Shown here: in pieces, positions 9,545-18,394 of the stretch
Layout: each line of letters begins with the position of its first letter
Numbering within the stretch: the stretch's first letter is position 1
Assembly: GCF_006345805.1 (NCBI RefSeq)
Contig: NW_021824547.1
Span: 1 to 18,394, forward strand
DNA from: Octopus sinensis
Taxonomy: Eukaryota
Reading direction: 5' to 3'
DNA length: 18,394 bases
Translations under genes and position numbers: made by a program
Notes under the pieces: generated by a model
Told to the model about the DNA's origin: nothing
Database searches by the model: none
What the model saw: the letters and a program-made list of their open reading frames with translations, nothing else

Positions 9545-10265
9545 GGTCAAGTACTGCCCAGTAAATTCAGTATGGTCCAGAGTGATCAAGTATAGTCCAG
9601 TATGGTCCTGCAATCAAACGTCATCTATCGACACCTATCGTGGTTGTGCGTGATCCAGCGTGATCTAGCGAGACCCAGCGTGATCTAGCGTGATCCAGCG
9701 TGATCTAGCGTGATCCAGTGTGGGCCAACGGGATTCAGTGTGGTGGAATATACTCCATTGTTGTACAACGTCTGTCCATAACCGCCACTGTAGTTCAATG
9801 TAGCTCAGTCAGCGTGATTCAGTTTGATCCAGCCTCGTCCGGTGCGGGCTAGAGTGGTCTCATATGGTCTAATATTTTCAGTGAAGTTCAATATAGCCTT
9901 GCAGAGTCTAGTTTTGCCTATATAAGAGCTTTGCAGTGCACTGTTATGCATCCTGGTCCAACGTAGAGAAATGCGATCCAGTGATGTCCATCAGGATCCA
10001 CGGTAGCACAATCTAACCTTATTAGATCCAATGCAGCCATTCCGATCTAGCGTGGTCCAATCTAATTCAGTGTAATCCATTCTGATCAAGTGTAGCCTCG
10101 TTCGATCCTGCGTGATCCAATGTGATCCGCAATAGTCCAGTGTGGTCTCAACAGGTCCCAAGTGGTCCAAAGTGGTCCTAGGAATCATTCAATGTGTTAC
10201 AGTAAAGTTTTATGTTATTCAGTGGAGACAAGTGAGGTCCAGCTTGTTGCAGCAGGGACCAGTTT
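9545..10265. repeat. Degenerate 10-bp minisatellite (consensus ~AG(T/C)GTG(G/A)TCC) with a pure core at 9651-9720
   Basis: The core reads TGATCCAGCG TGATCTAGCG AGACCCAGCG TGATCTAGCG TGATCCAGCG TGATCTAGCG TGATCCAGTG. Related decamers (AGTATGGTCC, AGTGTGGTCT, AATGTGATCC) occur throughout the region. Confidence 0.8.
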
Positions 10266-10559
10266 TACATCGCAGCGGCCATAGTGACACAGAGTTGGCT
10301 AAAATTGGAGCAAAATATATTATGTTGATTCGTAACAATTTTTGTACTTATATCTAAATGTTATTAGATTTTAAAACGTAGAATCTTTGATGCTGCTATC
10401 GTTGTATGTGTCTATCAATGAGTTTTCTTAACCGTCTGTCGCATTCTTCTTGATTTATATGTATTTGTGTGTTCAAAAAATGTCGATGAATGCTGGCAGA
10501 GAAACGAAGATAAAACAAATGGAAAGACAATAAGACAACGAAAAAGAGAGCGACGAAAA

Positions 10560-11116
10560 GAGCGACAACTCAACATACACAAACGCACACAGACGCACGT
10601 GTGCGCGTAGGGAAACACACACATAAATACATGTTCATACGCATACAGACACACACACAACCACGCACATAGACACACACATACACATACAATATATGTT
10701 ACAATACAAACGTCGTTATCGTCGTATCTGTGCAAATATACAGGAATATAGTGACACACGCATGTACGCGAATATGTATGTATATATATAAATATTAATA
10801 TATATATATGTGTGTGTGTATGTGTGGGGTGTGTGTATGTCCATATACGCGATTCACTGCCAAAGCTGCTAAAGCACATTACCTTTCGTATCATTTATAA
10901 TTATCAAATAAATGCTAAATATTCCCGCATATAAATACATACACACAAACATACATATGCATACACAAATATACGTACACACACCAATACACACACGCGC
11001 ACACACATACATACGCACATACACACACATACACAAAGACAAACGTACTAAAATAAAAACACCATACATGCGGACGCAACCACCCACGCGTAAATACACA
11101 CACGCACACACAGACA

Positions 11117-11164
<48 letters not shown>

Positions 11165-11194
11165 TATATATGTATATATATATATTATATATAT

Positions 11195-11242
<48 letters not shown>

Positions 11243-11331
11243 TATACATCTATAATATATACAGATATACATCTATTATATATACAGATATACATGTATA
11301 TATGTATGTATATATATATATATGTGTGTAT

Positions 11332-11366
<35 letters not shown>

Positions 11367-11383
11367 TATATATATATATATTA

Positions 11384-11415
<32 letters not shown>

Positions 11416-11894
11416 GTATGTATGCATGCACATGTGTATGTATGTTTATATTGGGTTGTGTATATACAAATGCATACACGTTGATTTAATTAAGCAGACA
11501 AGTATATATATTTCATATATTTTATAGCTTTGATGCCTTTTCCCTTGCAGGCGATCATGTTATTTATATATTCTCCGTTAATACATAAATGGTCATTTGA
11601 ACTACGAGACACACATCCACTTGTGACGTCTCCATCGGCTTGTAATTGCTCTTATATACCTAGCTGTTATATAGCTTCAAGATTGGTGAGTATAAAGTGT
11701 GCATGTGCATGCGTGTGTGTGTGTGTGTGTGTGTCTGTGTTCGCGCACGTGTGTATGTGTTTCTAATTGTGTGAATAAATATGTTTGTATACGTGCATAC
11801 GCCTGTATGGTTGTATTGTATATTTATGTTTATTCCTGCATGTAATGTAAATAAACACACACACACACACACACGCACACATATATATATATAT

Positions 11895-11929
<35 letters not shown>

Positions 11930-12144
11930 ACACATATATATATATATATATACATACATACATACATGTATGTTTGTAAGTATGTATACACACACAAACA
12001 TATATACATACATGCATACATACACACACACACATATATATATTATATATATACATACATACATACATGTATGTTTGTAAGTATGTGTACACACACAAAC
12101 ACATACACACACTTATAGATGGAGTAATGCATGGTTATGTGTAC

Positions 12145-12195
<51 letters not shown>

Positions 12196-12711
12196 CGTGT
12201 GTGTGTGTGTAAACATGATATTTGAATACACACATAGACACATACATACACACAATCATGCACAAAAATATATACAGACGCACACACATACACACACACA
12301 AACACACATACGTTTCTGCCATAGGCGCATAAAGACGCCATTTTACTTTACTTTATAATCTATAGACACACGGTTCCATAAGACTTGCTGCTGGTGCTGG
12401 TAGTGATATTACTGTAGATCATGGTATTGTTGTTGCTGGTATTGATATTGGAGTTCGTGTCTTTTATCTAGTTATTTGATTTATAATTTCGTTTTATTTC
12501 TTAAATGAGTGTCCTTGCTTGTCGAATATAATTACATAACTATAATTGTCCTTTGTTTTCTGGTAAACTGCTTGTTTAAATAATGTACAGATTATTGAAG
12601 TAGTTAAAACAGACATCTCTGAAATGTCAGCTTTGATCCTCGAAACAATTTTCCGGGGAAATGTGCTCTTTAGACTAACCTCTATTTGTTTTGTGTATCT
12701 GGTTACATTTA

Positions 12712-12756
<45 letters not shown>

Positions 12757-12788
12757 ACACACACACACACATACAAACAAACATATAT

Positions 12789-12833
<45 letters not shown>

Positions 12834-13610
12834 CATACATACATATATGTATGCACATGGTCATATATGGTCATATATATTAAATATTAAATATTTATAT
12901 ATGGCTTTATAACAATATATATCTATTCAGACACACATACACCCACACATATGTATATATGTATATATATATAACGTATGTATGTAGGCAATATCTATTC
13001 ATATACATATATCCACGCATATAGTTATGTTAAATGTTTATGTACAACATATATATATATATATATATACCAAAAGGCAATATATATATATACATATTTA
13101 TATATATTTGTATATTTACATATGTTTATGTATATATGTGTGTGTGCGTGTATAAACACAAGCACATATACATACACACACACACATATATATACATACA
13201 TACATACATACATACATACATACATACATACAAATACATACATACATATATATATATATATAGATAGATAGATATTTATTCAGTCTGAGACTGTAATAGA
13301 GAAGAATAAACGAGAGATAATTTATAAGAATTAGCATTGATACAGAAATATAAACAGCTACATATAATTGTATATATATATATATATACCACATGTATAC
13401 AACGCTCGATACGTGTATACACATACAGTGATAGACAGACAGACAGACAGACACAAGACAGGCAATCTAGCAGACATCCAGACAGACATATACAAAAGCA
13501 AAACCAATATATGTGTGCGTGTATATATATAAATATATATATATATAAAACTACATATGTGTATTTAAACACACGTGTGCGTGTATATATATAAATATAT
13601 GTACATGTAT
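10560..13610. repeat. ~3-kb compound microsatellite field (CA, TA, TG, TACA) with short unique islands
   Basis: Directly visible; this field is the source of the YI/CV/HT-repeat ORFs in the track. Confidence 0.95.
11551..11685 (+). other. Candidate internal exon, 135 nt (frame-preserving), coding status unknown
   Basis: Strong acceptor gccttttcccttgcag|G and strong donor TTG|gtgagt bound a unique island within the microsatellites. Only phase 0 is open: AIMLFIYSPLIHKWSFELRDTHPLVTSPSACNCSYIPSCYIASRL (not recognised). Confidence 0.45.
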
Positions 13611-13614
13611 ATAT

Positions 13615-13674
13615 CGATAGATAGATATATGAAAAGATAGATAGACAGACGGACACACAGATAGGCAGATAGAC

Positions 13675-13735
<61 letters not shown>

Positions 13736-13754
13736 TGCAGGCAGGCAGACAGAC

Positions 13755-13834
<80 letters not shown>
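13615..13834. repeat. Compound (GATA)n with embedded (GACA)n/(GGCA)n
   Basis: Directly visible in the sequence. Confidence 0.97.
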
Positions 13835-13949
13835 GCGACGCGTGGCTAATTGTTCGGAGAAACATATTTAGCGTACTTAGTCTGCAATGAATCTCATTAT
13901 ATATATATATATATATATATATATCTTATATATATATATATATATATAC

Positions 13950-14075
13950 GTCCAACAAAATATATTTGGTGTCGTTGGGGAGAAAATCAAGAAATCGGTT
14001 AGCAAAGGGTTTGACCTCATGGATGGAGAGATTTGCAGACAGATACTCGGAAAGATAGACAGGTGGGAGAAATGA
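13950..14075 (+). mobile_element. Possible tiny relic of a mariner-type transposase C-terminus
   Basis: KIKKSVSKGFDLMDGEICRQILGKIDRWEK* loosely resembles the mariner C-terminal 'F...D.EF...GI.KL..RWEKC' pattern. No TIR or DDD residues were seen. Confidence 0.25.
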
Positions 14076-14286
14076 GGTGGGCGAGGTTTCAATAGACGTC
14101 ATGGCAGCGGTGGCAATGGTATTTGTGGTGGTAGTATAAGTGGTTGTTTTTTTGATACACAAATGAGATGTATCGTACTGTTGGCTTTGCTTCTGGTTAT
14201 TATGATGATCACATGATAATGATGTTGGTGAATAAATACGGGCACAATTATTATATATGCGTACAACTATATATATATATATATAT

Positions 14287-14500
14287 AACGGGAAGGTTTA
14301 TGAAAATAAACAAAAGACGAAGGCAGGTGGAGTACAAACAAATAATGTATTAGTATGGCGCTCAGGAATAGAAATAAAACAAGTCTATTACATTTCGAGC
14401 CTACGCTCTTCGACAGAAAAATACACAGAAAAGAAACAAGGAAAGAAACAAGGAGAGAAAAAAATGCGTGTAGGGGCTAACGATCCAACATATATTTATA
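14287..14500 (-). mobile_element. Short (TA)n-flanked module containing a hammerhead-like motif (14383-14421)
   Basis: Bounded by TA tracts. The minus strand contains CTGTCGA-A-GAGC-GTAG-GCTC-GAAA-TGTA. Repeat status is inferred from the architecture and needs a genome search. Confidence 0.4.
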
Positions 14501-14699
14501 TATATATAAACCTGTCTCTATAGACAACTATACATTGCTTTCAACGGCCATATACTAAGGGGTGCTGATTATGATTTTATTTAACATATTCCCTTCTCAG
14601 ATTGGCACACGTATTACAGTGGTCCTTCAGTTTTTCTTAGCCCTGTACAAGAACGTCGGGTTTTAAAACCAGGCATTTTTCAGGACTTCCTCGTATGTA

Positions 14700-14733
14700 T
14701 GTATATAATTATTATATATATATATATAATATA

Positions 14734-14785
<52 letters not shown>
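14700..14785. repeat. Interrupted (TA)n tract at the 5' truncation point of the Penelope-like relic
   Basis: Directly visible in the sequence. Confidence 0.95.
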
Positions 14786-14788
<3 letters not shown>

Positions 14789-16095
14789 CCGACTATCAAC
14801 CCTCCATTATTCCATCATACGCAGTCCTATAGGGAATATTCAGACCACGGTTTGCCGACTGGCTGCCAATCCTGATTTATTTGACCTGCATGCACCTTAT
14901 TACAATGGCGCACTAGCTAGGGCAGGATACAAGGAATGAATAAATTCATACTCCAGAATAACACGCGCACCATACACGCACACCACACACATGCACGACA
15001 CGCACACACTCAACATAGACATGAAAACACTTCATGAACCCACCTACATAAATTCAACTTGCACATCACACCAACAACATCACAGAGTACCCTACCATTC
15101 AAATAACAATAATTCTTACCATAAATATTCCCATCTAACCAAAAAACACCCAACACAATTTATCCCACTGAACAAATACAAAACACTAGCGTAAATAAAC
15201 CTCACACCAAATATAGAAACCACACTGTTCTTTGGTACAACGTGATCCATGCCTCAAATGTAACTTCCAAGATTACTAAACAATTTTTGGCAGCCCTTGA
15301 AACACTTCCCGAAATTTCATAAATATCACTCGATATTTAATAGACATAATGTAAAAGTGTCATATGCAACCTATGCACAGAATAAATAATGTTAAACTTA
15401 AAAAGGTCTTGAAAAGCACCATCATTGAAAGCTGAAATAATGAATTTACATTCAATCCTCGCATATCTGATAACCAACAACAGTTAACCATAGAAAATAA
15501 TACCCCTGAAACATCCAGAACAAACATCATACCTATAAGAATGAACCTACAGAACCTGCACACCAATAACAGGATGAATCTACAACCAATCACAGGACAA
15601 TCACTACACAACCACCGGCCACCAACAACGGCTACAAATAGGTGCTCCTGCAGGGATAAATTTAAATGCCCATTGGATAATCTTTGCGTGATTTGTCATG
15701 TCGTCTATATATGAACTGTGCACACGAGGCGAGGCCCTTATGTATACGTTGGTGCTACGGCTGATTCTTGAAAAAATTGATATAGAAATCATGTTTCTAG
15801 CTTAAAAAAACTGAGCAAGAGACACGTGATATTACTGGCGGGTTCTCTATGGCAACTGAAAACCGACAGGATTAAATATGAGATTTCATGGTCAGTTATA
15901 GAATATGCCAAACCCTACAACGCACATTCTAAGACCTGTGGATTGTGCTCTGAAGAGTCCCAATCAATCTTGCTTACTAGGGAAAAGGTCATAAATGAAT
16001 TAACCGAATGGATTACACGTTTACATGCCATGAAGACCACCTTCAAATATTACCATCCTGTAAACACAGCACCGAACTGCCAGAATCCACATTGA
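14786..16095 (+). mobile_element. Decayed, 5'-truncated Penelope-like element: RT thumb/linker plus GIY-YIG endonuclease pseudogene
   Basis: PLE motifs appear in the expected order across frameshifts and stops: SDYQPSII (14788-); LAANPDLFDLHAPYYNGALARAGYKE (14859-14936); VLWYN (15227-41); KHFPKFHKYHSIFNRHNVKVSY (15300-65); Cys motif CSCRDKFKCPLDNLC (15643-87); GIY-YIG-like VVY...YVG (15700-53); YRNHVSS; and WQLK..IKYEISWSVIEYAKPYNAHSKTCGLCSEE (ORF 15826-16095). Confidence 0.92.
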
Positions 16096-16435
16096 GCATG
16101 CTAGCATTCCATACATTGCTATGTGCCCATGGACAGGTGTCTGGGCTTTTGCCCATGTGCCGTTTATTGTTCTTTGCCTGTATGTGTGACTGAGGAGTCC
16201 TGTGAGTGTGTGCAATCTGTATGAGCATACTGTGTGTGCATGTATGTGTAGAGTCGACGTGTTTCTATATGCCTGTGTGTGTGTGTATAAGTGCTGAGTG
16301 GAAGTCTCTGGTGTGTACTGATGTGTACATGTGTATATCCGTGTGTGAACGTGTGTATAATTGTGTGAGTGTATAAGTGCACTTGCCTTCAGCCATATGA
16401 GACTGTGGGTGTCAATGTATGCATGTCTGTCCGTC

Positions 16436-16517
<82 letters not shown>

Positions 16518-16530
16518 GTGTCTGTCTGTA

Positions 16531-16616
<86 letters not shown>
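16436..16616. repeat. Compound (TATC)n with embedded (TGTC)n
   Basis: Directly visible in the sequence. Confidence 0.97.
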
Positions 16617-17473
16617 CTTGTCTGTCTCAGTGGCTGGCTGGCTGCTGTATGGCTGAGTGGCTATTTATCTATTTATTTATTTATTTATCTATGTGTATGT
16701 GTGTGTGTGTTTGTGTGTGCAGGTCTTATGCATGTGAATCTCCTCCAACACCCTCTATACAACCTTGTATTCTCCCTTGTCGCCAACGATACACACGCGT
16801 TCACATATAAATTTGACATGGGCGATTCTCTCTTGTTTGGGGATTCAAGGTCAAACGGCTGGGTGGAATTGCGCGAAGAATTACAAAGATGTGTTGAATG
16901 ATCCGGTGGTGATACTAGGCTTTGTATTATTTCATAGCTCCCATGGTTGCCGAGATAATCTATTATAATAATACTCTTGTGTTTATGAATGGGAAATGAA
17001 GGGGTGATAGATAAATAAGGAAGGAAGGGGTAATGTCATACTTGGTAGTGTACGCTGAAAAAATAAATCAAACAGCATTTCAACTCTCTATGAATATATG
17101 TGTGTTTGTATGTAAAAGGGGGTATGTGAATGTTTGTGTGCGTGTGCACGCACAATGGAAGTGGGATGGTTCATCTTTGTTCGCTTAGTATTTGGGTTTA
17201 TCTCTTGATTTGGTTGAATCTTTTTTTTTGTAAGTTATTTTTCGCGTTTTGACAGAAATAAATGTTTTTCTATAATTGTTTTTTAACGAAAGCGTCCCCA
17301 AACAATTCGAATGCTTACACGGAGCAGGTTTTACAGCCACATCATCCAAACCGGCTGGGTGAAACCGGGCTTAGCTTCTAGTATATATGTGTGTGTGTTT
17401 CTGTGTTTGTGTGTGTGTGTGTTTCTGTGTATGTATATATATATATATACTTTATTTAAAAGCAACAGAAATA

Positions 17474-17528
17474 TAACAAAAACTGTTACTCAGAGATTCA
17501 CGTTCCCGTTCGTCGGACAGGTTTGTTA
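17474..17528 (-). ncRNA. Minimal type-I hammerhead ribozyme-like motif (variant core; U at position 15.1 in this copy) in a ~110-bp (TA)n-flanked module (~17449-17560)
   Basis: Minus strand: TAACAAAC-CTGT | CCGACGA | ACG-GGAA-CGT | GAA | T-CTC-T-GAG-T | A | ACAG-TTTTTGTTA. Stem I is CTGT/ACAG, extendable through TAAC-AAA/TTT-T-GTTA. Stem II has a GNRA loop, stem III has a 1-nt loop, and the cleavage triplet is GUA at 17489-17487. Confidence 0.6.
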
Positions 17529-17557
17529 AATAGAACAGCATATTACTCAACATCCGG

Positions 17558-17608
<51 letters not shown>

Positions 17609-17617
17609 ATATATATA

Positions 17618-17818
17618 TATTCATATAAATACAGTGTACATTAAAACACATTAAGAGGCTTCCATCATAGATGGTAATGCTTTTGTTTTTCATTCCCTTC
17701 GAGAATTTATTCCCTAATTAGTTGTTTGGACTTTAAAACTGTTCTTTCTAGCGTAATGGATTCGTATGATGGAAGCCTATTTAATGTGTTTTAATGTACA
17801 CTGTATTTTATATGAATA
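17618..17818. repeat. Fold-back inverted repeat, ~52-bp arms, ~95-nt spacer
   Basis: 17618-17669 is the reverse complement of 17765-17818 apart from two small differences (CCTCTT vs CCTATTT, and one extra T). Confidence 0.93.
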
Positions 17819-17819
17819 A

Positions 17820-17894
17820 TATATAGTCTATTGACTAATTTTCTTGTACGCTAGGCCACTGGTAGTAAATATTTCTATAATTTTTATTACCCTG

Positions 17895-17939
<45 letters not shown>

Positions 17940-18180
17940 TCAAACATATAAGGGACGGCCATAATAGGACATCCGACTCACTAGAAAGAGCATCCAAACT
18001 CCAACCACTAATAGTTGTAATTCTGAAATGGAAGAGAAATAAAAACGTTTACCCTCTCCTTCTGGATTATGCATAGTTTCGGCAATCTTATATAGTCTAT
18101 TGACTATTTTTTCTTTCTCACTTGACCGCTGGTAGCGGAGAATTTTTCTAGAATTTTTGGCTACCCTAAATTTATTAATA
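17820..18180. repeat. Diverged direct repeat pair (~17820-17900 and ~18089-18180), each ending at a (TA)n tract
   Basis: The exact 18-mer TATATAGTCTATTGACTA occurs at 17820 and 18089, followed in both by ...CC(A/G)CTGGTAG...TTTCTA(T/G)AATTTTT...TACCCT...(TA)n. Confidence 0.85.
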
Positions 18181-18394
18181 TATATATATATATCTATATA
18201 TATATATATATATATATGCACTCATTGGTGTATGCGTGGCTTTGTGCTTGTGCTTGTACATTGGATTGTGTGTGTCTCATTTCTGCGGTGTGGCGTTTCC
18301 TTCTTACGTTGGTAGATGCGGATTGTTAATAATAATTTTATGATTTGTTGGCAAGTCGTTGTTGGTTGTTTTGTTTATATATTTTTGGTTTTTA

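Noticed and set aside
10415-13865. Many long ORFs (YIYI, CVCV, HTHT, SIYL repeats), also at 1380-1732, 2754-3050, 4335-4803 and 16361-16901
   Set aside because: They are translations of microsatellites that simply lack stop codons; there is no evidence of coding function.
16190-16200. CTGAGGA-GTCC just downstream of the PLE ORF
   Set aside because: It looks like the first half of a hammerhead, but no GGAC-GAAA partner follows; the sequence decays into TG repeats.
18065-18080. Minus-strand GAAACTATGCATAATC near-palindrome resembling hammerhead stem III
   Set aside because: There is no upstream C(U/C)GANGA core.

Overview
AT-rich eukaryotic genomic DNA, very dense in microsatellites. The repeat content (tRNA-headed SINEs, Penelope-like and LINE relics, long TA/CA/TATC/TATG tracts) strongly suggests a cephalopod (Octopus-like) intron or intergenic region; the taxon is inferred. 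No intact protein-coding gene is recognisable, and most supplied ORFs are microsatellite or SINE artefacts. Supportable features: a decayed LINE reverse-transcriptase fragment (~440-790, -); copies or fragments of three tRNA-derived SINE types; a decayed Penelope-like element (PLE) with RT-thumb and GIY-YIG motifs (~14786-16095, +); a 10-bp minisatellite with a 20-bp higher-order core; a ~125-130 bp degenerate tandem repeat; two fold-back inverted repeats abutting (TA)n; and three unverified exon candidates. The most interesting signal is a set of short (TA)n-flanked modules carrying minimal type-I hammerhead-ribozyme-like folds (2473-2520 +, 17474-17528 -, weaker 14383-14421 -), plus a tandem array whose consensus reconstructs a hammerhead (8255-8560 -). 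The two best motifs share a non-canonical signature: CCGANGA core, A at position 10.1, (near-)loopless palindromic stem III and a GUA cleavage triplet. Each copy has at least one defect, so activity is unproven. All alignments and folds were done by eye.
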